Source of the DNA: Amphiscolops sp. MND2022
Lineage: Eukaryota
Length of the DNA: 64,000 nt
Assembly: GCA_964187785.1 (NCBI GenBank)
Contig: OZ076409.1
Span: 41,728,001 to 41,792,000, forward strand
Reading direction: 5' to 3'
The position numbers and the translations under genes are program-made. The notes under the pieces are model-generated. The model ran no database searches and had not been told where the DNA came from. It saw nothing but the letters and a program-made list of their open reading frames with translations. This document shows positions 38,967 to 51,404 of the stretch, piece by piece (position 1 is the stretch's first letter; each line of letters starts with the position of its first letter).

Positions 38967-41129
38967 ATTGGAACGTGTCGAAATGTGGAAGAACGCAATT
39001 GAGTTAGAAATTTTTCTTTACCATTTGGAATTAAGCAAAAAATTACAACTGTATGACTCTGAATGCATGCGCAGTTGAGTTCCCAGATTAATAGCAAAAC
39101 TGATTTTGCGTCTACCAGAAAAACAACAGTGATTGCTGATGTTTGATCAAGAATTACTTGAAAACAATGTCGCCATCACTTCGCCAAAATAACAACAAGA
39201 ATACTTTTTCCGAGAAAATCGTCATTATTATACAATTGACGCCGCTTGCTTGAAGCGAAATCCAACTTTATTATGATTCAAAGTCGCTAACTTTACTTTC
39301 AAGTCCAGATACCCGAATTTGTAGACTAATTGTTCTGTGAAATTTCGATCTCAATTGTTAATCAAATTTGCAATTTACCTAAAACATTTAGAGCATGCGT
39401 CTCTAAGTCACTTATCGAGATCGATGCACTATATCAAAGAACCAACAGCACTGTTAAATCTTCCGTCCTGTCAAATTCTTGATAAGCAGCGGCTTACAAA
39501 GAAGTATTTGAACAAACCCTATTTCTGCTATTACAAAATGGCGAAAAACTTTGAAGGCTCATCACAAGGTGTGGTATCATTTTTGGTATCATTTTTTTTT
39601 CGCATTTCAGAGCAAATAGGTTAATCTAAGCTGCTTTAATCAACTACAAATCATATAAAATTCTTGAAATAGGCAATATTTATAGTACAAAAATTGAGCG
39701 GAAGAAAGACGCCACAAAATAGCCGACTCTTAGGTATAAAACGGCCTATTTAAAAAATCCAAAAGCAGCTGATCATTCAATTGTAACAAAACTGCCAATT
39801 TTAGAGCGTAACAAAGGGATTTGATCAGCTACCGAGACACACCTATAGTGCCCATGGAGGAGTGAAGTGAAGTGGAGCACCGTGCCACCACTTGAATAGT
39901 AGCTGGGTTGACCAAGGCTGGGTTGGAGGGGCGCAAAGCGTCCCAGAAAGAGGAAGGCTAAATCAAGCCAATTGTTTTTGACGTTCCAGGAACGCCAAAT
40001 TCCTATTAAATTTGGGTTAATTAATATTTCACTCGATAAAAAGATGCTTATTGAATTCGTCATTTTGTTACATTTGAAAACTGGCATTTTTCTTACGTTT
40101 TGAAAACCGTCAGTTTTGTGACAATTTAAAAGTCGGCCCTTTTGTTAATTTGAAAACTGACATTTTTTCTGGTGCACATCCGGCGGTAGATATCTTGACG
40201 CTAACTGGGTGTTTATAATCAGCATCCAATGCGGCCAAAGGGCCATGACATCTCTGCACACTTTGAAAACGCTTCGTCTCTACTCGACCAACAAAAATAA
40301 ATGAGAAAAGATATCCACATTGGAATTTTTCAACCCTTTCCAATTTTTTTTCCAAAAGTATTAATTTCACTTCCAATAATCTTTTCTTAGGTTTTGTGAT
40401 GTTTTCACCTAGCGAAAGCCTTTTTAGAATCTAAAGGGTCTCCCTTTGGATATTTTTTGGCCATGTGCAATTTTCCATTAATCTCTCCGATACCGCACTT
40501 AAAAACCTTCAAGAGACCCTGCTTTTTCTGAGCCTTAATAATACCGATCTCTAATTGTTTATGGTTAGTGAGAAATCGCGTTTCGGTTAATGTTTTGGTG
40601 GGAAATGTTATACAAGTCCTATTTTACTGTTGTTTACTTTGAATCAAGTCAACCAAATTATGTATATTTCCAAGATTCAAACATTGTGTTATACGTATGT
40701 TTCATTTAATCAGGTCGCTTGTATCTTGTTACTTATAAAGCGTACATGTCGCAGGCCTACCCGTGCGAGATGTCCGGGGTGCAACACCGGTGAAGCAGAC
40801 AACGCCACCCACTACCAGCAGTTTCGACAAATCAAACGAAGAAGAGGAAGTGATGAACATTTGAAACTTTGTGTTTAGTTTAATACAGTTTTTTCATTTT
40901 GTTCGCTTATGATGTTTTTGTTTACTTATTTTTGTGTCCATCTAAACAATGGTAATTGTTGCTGAAGTTTCTTTCACCCAAAAGGTGCGTTGATCAAATA
41001 AAAGAACCAAAAAGAGTAACGCTTTAGTTACCTGATCTGAGAAGAAACCCCCATTTTTACAACCATTAATGTGTTTGAGAATCTATACATATAAAGGACG
41101 TTTCGAACATAACTATACGTATATTGTTT

Positions 41130-41687
41130 GAAAACAGTATGATGATCCGATTAAAAAGCATCCTACAACATTCATACGTGACAATGATTGCAAATTATAC
41201 TGCTTTATGCGGATTGTATAATACAGCATATGCGGTATTAACGATAAAACAGCATAATGAGTGCATATTTACTGATGCTTATGCCCTATACTGTATTATG
41301 CGGTATTAGTATCAAAACAGCATATACAGCAATTCTACAAGAACAGCATGACGTTTAGACCTGGAAACACCATATGAGGAAATCCCATAAAAACAGCATG
41401 ATGCTTTGACCTGGGAACAGCATATGCGGAAATACAGCAGAAACAACATGTGCGGAAATTCTGCAGAAACAGCATATGCGGAAATCCTGCAGAAACAGCA
41501 TGCCGTTTTAACCTAGATTCAGCATATGCGGTAATCCCGCGAAAACAGCATGATGATATAATTTGAAAACAACGTAAATACTTGTACAACGTTGCTACCA
41601 GAATATACTGCATTATGCAGTTTTCATGAAACAGCATATGCGGAATTATGATGATAATCAGCATATATTGCATAACATTTCTCAGTG
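41130..41687. repeat. Degenerate minisatellite built on AAACAGCATATGCGG
   Basis: Many spaced copies of AACAGCAT(A/G)TG(C/A)GG; right end TTTCTCAGTG could be a CACTG-type terminus. Confidence 0.7.
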
Positions 41688-41733
41688 ATTTACTTGTCTT
41701 ACTTATCTATGTTTAGACCTTCTAGGGACGTAA

Positions 41734-42582
41734 TGTAAAGGAGTATTTCTAATTTCTGACCCTAGAAACATGACGTAATGATGATTTGAATAAAAACGTC
41801 GGTCATGCTCCTAAAAGTAGAACCCAATGAGAACATTTGAGAAGAGACTCACAATATCAGAGCTCAATCTTTCGAAAAAAGGGCATCCACACAATACAGT
41901 CACTCAATTGATCAAATAATTCCGCAATTCCCAAAATTTGCAGTTTCTTTTCACTAAAGATAACTATAACAACTTCATTTCTCGCAATATCTCTGAATTG
42001 GAAGATTTTTGCACCCAAAATTGCTTTTCATCACGGGGAACAAAAGAAACAGACGACTGAGAAGAGTTGAGTCTCAGTCTCCAGGCGGAGAAGAAAACCT
42101 CTCAGAAACAAGCATTCTGCAAGGTAATGCGACTCTAACTAATGTTTCCGAAAATGTTGACAATGTTTTTGATAGGAATCTATGTAGCGAATTAACGGAA
42201 CCATCACATGCCAGCAACGAAATAGAAATTTCACAAAAGTTAACCGAACGAAATAACACGAAAATGTCACAGATCAAAGAACATCTAAACAGTAAACTTG
42301 AGGAAATACTGAAAGAAATCAGAGCGAGCAAAAACTGTAATAGAGAAAAAGACGATGAAATCTGCGATCCTGGTTGTTCTAATTTGAGGAACGAACATCT
42401 CAAGAAAAAATATGCATCAAACATCGAAAACAATAGCGATAGAATACAGGATAATCGCGTCCCGTCTTCAAACATAGACATGGATGAACTAAGGCAACCG
42501 TCAACTCCTTTTGGAGTTGCAAATGAGACCTTAGAAGATACCATTATAATAAACAAAAACAGACAGGAAGCCGATTATCACA
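41734..42582 (+). mobile_element. Probable solo LTR containing an ORF
   Basis: Starts TGTAAAG, ends TATCACA; flanks GTAA/GTAC (4-bp TSD, 1 mismatch); open frame from 42009 runs to and past the CA end. Confidence 0.5.
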
Positions 42583-44417
42583 GTACAGTATTGAAAAAAA
42601 TGACTTGGAATCTTGATTGTAACAATGATTTGGACTGGTAACAATTAGCCCAAACCCCAAGTAAATTAGAAGGTAAATTTTAAAGAATGAACAAACGTCA
42701 TTCATTTTGTAAAGTCACTTCAATATCAGTTTTGCAAACGATTTTGAAGCCTGCTTTTATCATTTTTGACTTCTTACATTTACTATTAATTCCTGATCTG
42801 GGCCAGGGATTTGCAAATTTAGGTGTCACACATACCTAGATTTACAATGTTGTATCATTGATAGAATATATTCCATCCACTAAAGACGACAAAAGGTGTT
42901 GCTCGCGGAAAATACGAAAAACTACTGACATACGGCTTTTCTCAGAATTGGATTTCCATATCTTAAAGCGTTGCATCAAGATTTTCTCTGAGAAATTTCC
43001 TGTTTAAGTAGGTTTCGTTTGAAAATTTGGCCATGAATGTTATCTCAGTGGACATTTATGCTTGAAAAGCGTTTGAAAAATTACAAAATTTTTTCAACGC
43101 TTGAGGTTTTTGAAATTTGAACTTAAGTAAATTGGAAGCGAAATCCGTTGTGAAAGCATAGTTTCTACGTTTTTGTACGTTAATCACATACATTGAGTTT
43201 TCATGTGTTGAGTTTTCCATATCACCAGTATGGTATTTGCTCACAAACTAACTTCGAGTATTAGTAGCGCGCTCCTATTTAATTTGACTGTGGCCTATGG
43301 CAAATTTCCACACTCTACAACACTTTACAAGACGTTTTGCAACTCTACATCGATAAAATACTTTTAAATTAACTAGAATGCGCAATAACCAACTGTACTT
43401 TTGTCTTGAGATGCTTTTTGTTACAGAGTAAGCATTTTGAACCTATATTCGACTTGGTGATGTTTTCAAAGAGAGAATTCCGTTAATTCATGTAGGTAAG
43501 GATGGTGGCAACTTTTTATCCAGAGGACAGTTTTCGATGATGCAACCATATTATATTCCTTTCATCAAAACATTTAGCTGTAGATTGTTAGAATGAATGT
43601 TACCATGAAGCAATGTTCGAAAAGACCTGCGAACCATGGGAGGTGGTGCCTTCTGGAGATAAGTGACAACACAGGTTTAGAACTCGCTAGATGACACTCC
43701 TGAATTCAGAGCCCTCTTTGATGCTCAATTTATCTTTCCTTATCCACACTTAGTAGTCGCAGGATAGAGGTTTTTATAAGTTTGAAATAGCGTCGCCGCT
43801 TAACGTCACATGACCTATTCTATAGATTTATGCGGTAAAAATAAAATATTTTCAATTCTCAATCTTATTGCTATTGCTAGTGCATCTTTCGACCATTTGA
43901 TTCCAATAGTTTTTATGGGTTCCATTGGAGAGAGCTGTTCAGTCTTTATTTGCTGGTCAATTCCACGTTACGAGTTTCTACGCTATTTTTTGAACTACAA
44001 AGTCTTATGAACTTTTGAACTGTATTTCGAAGTGTTTTGATTCCAAGTTATAACAAGTTTACTCGTCGTGGAACATTGTCAATATTCTGAGCAACGAATT
44101 TTCTCTGAAATTCACAAAAATTGCATTAAAATCGGTTTTTCGAATCATTTAGGGTCATTCTGAAGTCATTGTACTCAAATTTCATGAAAAACGACCTAAA
44201 CTGGAAAATTGAGGTTATTTTGACTTTTTGGGGTCAATTAAACGCATACTTCTGATGAAAAACTGCATTTATATCTTCACAAAAGCCTACTCGACAACGT
44301 GTTCATTCGTGTTCATGAAAACATTAAAATTTTTGGATTTTTTGCCTATTTTTGGATCATTTTTTGCGGTCGTCTTTTGCGTCAACCAAAAAAGTCCAAA
44401 AATCTCTACAAGAACAT

Positions 44418-45718
44418 GGAAGGCGGAAATTTCGTCGTAAGAAATTTCGTCGTATTAGCCAATCCAGAAATGTCGTCGTCAGAAATATTGTCGTGAGAAA
44501 TTTCGTGGTATTGATTAGAATTAACAGCGTTCACCAAAAGAAACCATTCGAATTATTCAATTATTAAAATGAGATCTCAAGAACAAGTTTCCTTTTTCAC
44601 AAAAATTGAGTCAAAAAGTTGATTGCATTCAATCAATTCAATCAAGACGCTTAAGTCTTGAACTATTTACTATTTTACGGTGTAAAAAAAGTGAAAAAAA
44701 GAACACGAAAAAACTTTGCTGAAGATTCTCACCACACTAGACTAGATCAATTACTTTGAAACTTTGTGTCAATACTCATTGGGCGTTTAAAGTACTTTTC
44801 CATGAACATACTTGTATACCTAGGTATACAAGTATGTTCATGGAAAAGTACTTTAAACGCCCAATGAGTATTGAGACAAAGTTTCAAAGTAGTTGATCTA
44901 GTCTAGTGTGGTGAGAATCTTCAGCAAAGTTTTTTCGTGTTCTTTTTTTCACTTTTTTTACACCGTAAAATAGTAAAATAGTGATAACAGCATGATTTGC
45001 TAGTATGACCATTCACGCATTTCAAAATTAATTTTATTCCAAGTGTACAAAAATATACATAGGTGAGATCCCTCAAGTAAATCTGTTAATTATTATTTTC
45101 CGCACATATTTCTAATTATTATTTTCCGTCCATATTTCACACGGGAAATGAAAATATTTGAATCAGCCGCGTTTTTATCAAAAAACTGCCATGTTCCAAA
45201 CGCGGACCCAAACTGAAAGATTTCACCCATAAAATAAAACTGACATAAGTTTAGTTTCATGCGATATGTTTTTGGATTACCAGAAATTTCGTCGTCGGTA
45301 ATTAAGTTCTATAAAACGTCGCATTCCATCTAATCTATTAGGAATTGTCTATTATTATTGAGTTTACATGTACTTATCCTAATAACTATCGTTAATTGCG
45401 CAGTTACCAGATACACCTGTTTCTTAAAACCCCGAACACGAAATCAGCTTTCATGCTTGATAAAACTTCTCGTGCGAACAAATGTATATTGAGAGCTCTC
45501 GATATACATTTGTTCGCACGAGAAGTTTTATCAAGCATAAAAAGCTGATTTCGTGTTCGGGGTTTTAAGAAACAGGTGTATCTGGTAACTGCGCAATTAA
45601 CGATAGTTATTAGGATAAGTACATGTAAACTCAATAATAATAGACAATTCCTAATAGATTAGATTGAATGCGACGTTTTATAGAACTTAATTCCCGACGA
45701 CGAAATTTCTGGTAATCC
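44418..45718. mobile_element. DNA transposon remnant (GG termini, 8-bp TSD), internally rearranged by fold-back duplications
   Basis: Ends GGAAGGCGGAAATTTCGTCGT / ACGACGAAATTTCTGGTAATCC; TSD AAGAACAT/AAAAACAT; subterminal AGAAATTTCGTCGT repeats; interrupts a family B repeat that resumes after 45726. Confidence 0.65.
44663..44981. repeat. Loop-less palindrome, ~158-bp arms
   Basis: Centre ...GTATACCT|AGGTATAC... between 44821 and 44822; 2 mismatches and 1 indel seen. Confidence 0.95.
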
Positions 45719-46009
45719 AAAAACATATCGCATGAAACTAAACTTATGTCAGTTATATTTTATGGGTGAAATCTTTCAGTTTGGGTCCGCGTTTGGAACA
45801 TGGCAGTTTTTTGATAAAAACGCGGCTGATTCAAATATTTTCATTTCCCGTGTGAAATATGGACGGAAAATAATAATTAGAAATATGTGCGGAAAATAAA
45901 TAGCAGATTTACTTGAGGGGTCTCACCTATGTATAATTTTGTACACTGGGAATAAAATTAATTTTGAAATGCGTGAATGGTCATACTAGCAAATCATGCT
46001 GTTATCACT
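44980..46009. repeat. Loop-less palindrome, ~515-bp arms
   Basis: Centre GAGAG|CTCTC between 45495 and 45496; ends AGTGATAACAGCATG / CATGCTGTTATCACT; about 10 differences between arms. Confidence 0.96.
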
Positions 46010-47899
46010 TATGTAGCCGATAGAATTATATAGAAGAAAACTGGAAATCTTCCAAACCAAGTTGCATTGATTTCTGCTGGAAAACTCATTGCCCACTGTT
46101 TCTCGTGTTTTTCAACCGGAACTTTTTTTATAGCTATCTGAAACATGCATGTATGCTGGTAGATGCATGTATGAAGAGTTTTCCAAATTTTCGATACGGA
46201 AGGACATTTGTATTACTAGGAGTGCACACACCAGACGTCGAGATGAGCCACAAAAATGTTTGGTCAAAAATTGATGAAATAACTAATTGAGACGTTTGTA
46301 AAAACATTGCATTTTTAGGAGTTATGTTTTATGGAGTGCCATAGTTCACCACTCATTCATTTCATCACAATTTGAACCAGACACTTCAGACTATCCTTTA
46401 TCTTCCAAATTGATGAAATATTGAACTAGGAGACTCCTTAGAGGGTGGGAAACAAAAGATACTCAATACAAAAACCATTACAGTTTAATTAGATATGCCA
46501 TAGTAATTTGTGTCTTCATAAAAATACAGTGAATCAGTGAATTTCAAAAACAAAGAATTTGGTGGAGGGGTAAAAGAATGAATGAACGTATTTGAACGAA
46601 TCTGAACGTATAAGTTCAAACGAACGTAGTTGAACGTAAAAGATTTCTCTCGCTTTTATGTGAAAATCTAGTTTTTGGGAATAAAGAAGGCTTTACATTG
46701 CTCTTAAATTTCTAGATAATTTCTTTTAGATATTACTGGAATGCCCCCAAATCAAAACCGATCGGAATCTGTTCCCAGCTGAACGATTGTTGTCGTTTCC
46801 AGGATCCTGCAGCTCGGACGCTCCAAGTCATTGATTGTTTCTTCCGGGTACCGGGTACACTTTTACTTGCATCGAGACATGTATAACGAGTAACGCCTTG
46901 ATGACTAGAAAAGTGATGAAGCAAATGAACAGTTGCTATCTATTTGTTTATCAGGCGAAATGTTTAGGTTGAGATTAAAAATCAAACACCATTTGATTTA
47001 TTCGTTACGGTCCTCACAAATGATCAAATGTGAAATGTTCTCTCCTTTTTTTCATAGTACTTTTGAAATGACTGATTCCATGGGGAAGAGACTCGAAGAG
47101 CTGATAAGCTCATTCTCTGTCCCAACTGAGTGGTTTTATTTGTTTCATGGAATGTTACATATAGCGTTTCTGTTGAATTAAACTTTCTTCATTAATTTTT
47201 TCTATCAATTTTCCTTAGTATTTCGACCAGAGATTTCAGTCGTACCTCAGGCGCTTAGTCCCCTGAGCTTTCATGCGGAGGGTTGCAAGTTCGATTCGCA
47301 ACCGCTACGAAACTTACAATTTGTTGAAGAGTTCTAGCTTTCTTTTCTTTAGTCAATTTGCAGATGAAACTGGTCGCTTAGCAATCGTGTTAACACTACT
47401 TTGTATTACTTTCTCGGTATCACCGAACACAAACAAACTCGAAAAAACCTCTTTATAGTATATTTATTTGTAGCGATAGATTTGTACTAAAGAAGTTGAG
47501 TAAAAGAGAAACTTATTTTAAGAAAACCTTGTATTCCTTAATCTTAGCCTTAGAAAATATTAACACCTACTCCCTGAAAGATCGATTACACGATGCGCAG
47601 TGGCACTGCAATTTTTTCAGTACATTCCGCTGAGAAGCTTTTGGAGGAAACTCAGACACATTTCAGCCTAGATTATTTGACCAAAAATGTATCGTTCTAT
47701 TTTGAAATGGAGAAAAATATCTAACGTTCTTAAAAATGCATATAGACATTGTAAATGGCAATTCGAAAAAAATGTCTCTCTTTTCTTCGATATCGCAAAA
47801 TCCAATATAATTCAGGATTACCGTTAATGATTTGGATATATAGTTTTTATGATTACATATGTTATAACAGAAAGCATTAATATTTTGAAATTGCTAAAA

Positions 47900-50580
47900 C
47901 CTATCTTTTATTGAAATCACGCCCACACTCTCTCCAGCAAAACATAAAATCATAAAGATAACACGTCAAAAATACGGACGTCATTCTGGATGCTGTTTGT
48001 ATAACGGCATTATCGCAGACAAGGTCAAACTGCAGTGAGTACAATTTCATGAGTACAATTTCATTGATCGCTATAGCCATGATTGTTTTCCGATATGACA
48101 TTCAGCATTGAAAACGCACTAAGTCCGTATTTTTGACAGTTTCGTGTTCTATTTATGATTATTTGCTTTGACCATCAAACTTTGGCTAAACACTTCGGAG
48201 TTTTTTGTCACCAACACCTAACTGAATGCATAACACGACCTGAACAATTAAACTGAAACTCAACTATCATGCATATTGAACCTCTGAAAAATAATTTACG
48301 AAATTTGGTGCTAATTCTTATGGTACAAATTCCTTGGACGTAGTTGATTTTCCACGTTTTCGCAACATTTGCTCTCTAGAAACTTTTCTGAGCTGTTGAT
48401 TTGCTAACAGTTTCCACTGAAGTTTGTTTTGCAGAAAACTAAACTTTTCAATAGAACTTTCGAGAATTGATACACTATGGTAACAAAGGGTTATAACCCT
48501 TTGTTACCATAGTGTATCAATTATATTCACTAGAATTATAATTCACTAGATTTGGTTGAAAAAAATTAAATCGCAGTAATTTTTTACATATTCAATTGAC
48601 ACAAAAATCGCAAGAACAAAATTTTGTTCAATTTTGATTAAAATTACAGGGTTTTTTTGTTTTGCAGTGAAACAAAACCGACAAAAATTATAACACTAAG
48701 CATATTTTTGACGTTTGACAGTATCTGAAATTTACTCATGCAATATTTCGGAATCGCTCTTCATAACAAGAAATTATTCCTGCAACAAAATTTGTACCTT
48801 TCATTCAGACCTCTAACTTTTGGTTTCAACTTTTTGTGAAAAGTCCCTCCTTATGAATTGACACCGCAGAATGATCACAAAATGAAAACTCTTCAGTTTT
48901 TACACAGTGAAAATATTGTTTCGACGGAATTACAACTGTTTTTGGCTGTTCTTTTTTCAAGGATGCATTTCCAGAAAAACTGTTAATTATAAAGTTGAAG
49001 AACGGTGTCAAGGCTTCAAAAGTGATCGGGTGATCTTTTTCTTTCATATCATCAGTAGGTTTTGAGATATTGCATAATGAAGTTCGAAAAAATCCAAAAT
49101 TACTCAAACTGTCATGTAATATCCCTTTCGAAATTTCGGCTTCAAAACAAACTGTACCTTTGTAATTCTCATTAAATTTTGAGATAGTTCTGCTCCTGTG
49201 ATTTTTCTGTAAAATGAATAAAATAAAAGATATTTCGTTTTGAAATATTTCGTTGGCCAAATGGAGTGTACTTAGATTTTTGATACCTTAGTGTACAAGT
49301 TTTGTTAAATAATTCCATTGTTCGCATTTAGATAATTTTTATCTTGTTCTGAGATATCGTCGGCAATATTTTTGCTGCGAGAGCAAAGATTCAAAGGTTT
49401 CGCACTGGTCACAGTCGAATCCAACACTCTCCTTGGCAATATTTGAAGAAAATTGTAAATGAATTCAGACAAAATTGGTTCTAAAGTCATCTAGGGTTCG
49501 GTAATAGCGCATTTGCCATCGAAAAAAGCGCTAAATTGGCGAATAGTACAAAAGTTATTCAATTGAAAAGATACTGTAGTAAGACACTGGTTGGATGCAA
49601 ACTGCTACCTGGGGTGCTAATTGGTTAGTTGGTACTAATGAATTCAAAAGAAAAAGAAAAAAAAAAAGAAAAACAATGTTAGCACGTTTCCAGGCTGAAC
49701 AATACTTTTTTCTACTTGCAACCATCAAACAATGCAAAAAGGAGAAATATTTTGTGAAACGTTTTTCCATAAATCTGTGTCAAAGTACAAGGAAGAGGGA
49801 AGCCCATGGGAGACCCTTCGGTAAAAAATCCATGAAATAAGTTGTTCAGAGCCAAAATACCTTAAGGTGGACACGTTTGTCTCTCTCACTGTGTTGCATC
49901 AGATAAAAAGGTCAAGAAATTAAAGGCAGCACTTCGGCACACCTGAAAGCACTCCTGATATTAGACCAATCTAAAAGTTGAAACAAAGTTTTCCAAAACT
50001 TGTTGCATTGTGCCGAAAAAACTCCAGAGTTGACTGAGGTAGACAGCTGATGTAACTGCTACGGCAAGTGGGAAGTACTTTTCGATCTACCAAATCCAGA
50101 AGTCTAGTATTAACAGTTACTATTGGTCGAAGGCCGCCGCCTGTGACGGTAATTTTTACCAGATTCTGCTAGAAGGTGACAACACCATCCGACGTTCTAC
50201 CAATTTGAAACCGTGTGGACCTTCAGTCTACGCGGCCAAAACAAAACTTAGATTTAATGAACCTGAAATGTATTATGCTTTAATATGGAATTTTGTGTCT
50301 GTCATAGAAGAAAGTTATTGTTGTTTTGTAATATGTTGGAAAGGCTGTTCAAAAATGCAGTAAATTGATACAAATGTAAACAATTGAAGAGCAATTGAAT
50401 CAGTATAGGAAACGAGTTCAAATGAATTTTTGTTGTCGCACTGTGGACTCGCTGTCAAAATGTTATTATTATCCAATGAGAGCGCAGTATTTATATTTAT
50501 TTTGCTGTATCCGCGCGGACTGGAAGTCCGTCGCTGTAAAATTGTCACGTGACTTACACCATTGCAATACTTGTTTGTAT
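47900..50580 (-). pseudogene. Possible decayed SLC22/organic-cation-transporter-like (MFS) gene fragments
   Basis: CTGCAG acceptor then FDLVCDNAVIQTAS (48029 downward); after a frameshift FAGESVGVISIKDR|GT; Cys-containing segment ...CDNKNSFELVSYTDSIALQ at ~50380-50580. Confidence 0.4.
48465..48522. repeat. Perfect 58-bp loop-less palindrome
   Basis: AATTGATACACTATGGTAACAAAGGGTTA|TAACCCTTTGTTACCATAGTGTATCAATT. Confidence 0.95.
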
Positions 50581-50705
50581 CACTGTAGCTCGACAGACCT
50601 AAAGTCCACCATGGTTAATTTACAAAGCTTGCTTGAATTACAATATTAAAATTATATGTAATGTTGCAGTCGATAGTGTATACATGAAAATTGAATACCT
50701 TGACA

Positions 50706-51404
50706 TGTAAATTTGACTTGAAGGCCTAACCGCTCAATAACCTGATTTGCCTTTGATGTCATTTTGATACAATGACGTCACCCCGATCTAACCCTAAAGG
50801 AGCTATTTTTGGAAATGCTATAGTCTAATTTTTGCTACAAGACATGCATAATTTCGTTAGTCAAAGCCAGCTAACTATAAATAGTAGAGACTGCTAGTAC
50901 TGGGGACTTTAGTCTACTCAAACTCAATGCAAGCAAGTTGATCACTATTCGATTTGTTACATTTGATTGAAATTAGAACCTTTGTCACTTGATATAAACT
51001 TTACGTTTTGTACTGACCGTTTTTAAATTCACTCTTGGAAACGAACTCTTTCTCCGATGCCTTCAACTAGAAACAGAAAGCACGAGAGAAGCGGTCCAGA
51101 AAATCAGACGTAAGTTCTGATTTAAAAAATGTAGATATAATGCTGGGTAGTTACTCAAGGAACAATGAAGTGAATGATCAGAATGACAATGATATTACTT
51201 TAGACTCAGGGTCTAGCAGACTAAACCGAAATTCTAACTTTGTCGGAGAAGACATTAAGATCTCTCCTTATTGCAAATAGTAGAGAGAATAGCTAAGTGA
51301 CAATTGAGACATCTAGCATGATTAACAATGAAATTTTTAGACTCAATAGACAGAGGTTCTGCCACTCTAACTAACGAAGTAAAAAGTAGTTTGATATAAC
51401 GTTT
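50706..51404 (+). mobile_element. Putative older LTR fragment interrupted by the large Gypsy element
   Basis: TGTAA start, TATAAATA at ~50876, decayed basic ORF start at 51057 (MPSTR/KQKAREKRSRKSDVSSDLKNVDIMLGSY), cut at the 51405 LTR. Confidence 0.4.

Noticed and set aside
40755..40864. Orphan terminal exon (GLPVRDVRGATPVKQ...EEEEVMNI*)
   Set aside because: Has an AG and a coding-like composition, but no homology or partner exons that I can identify
44663..46009. Foldback transposon or amplification chimera as the source of the palindromes
   Set aside because: The arms cross element boundaries and have accumulated substitutions and indels; neither explanation fits well, though raw reads are needed to be sure
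50043..50363. Plus-strand open frame of ~106 codons
   Set aside because: No start codon context, recognisable domain or supporting exons
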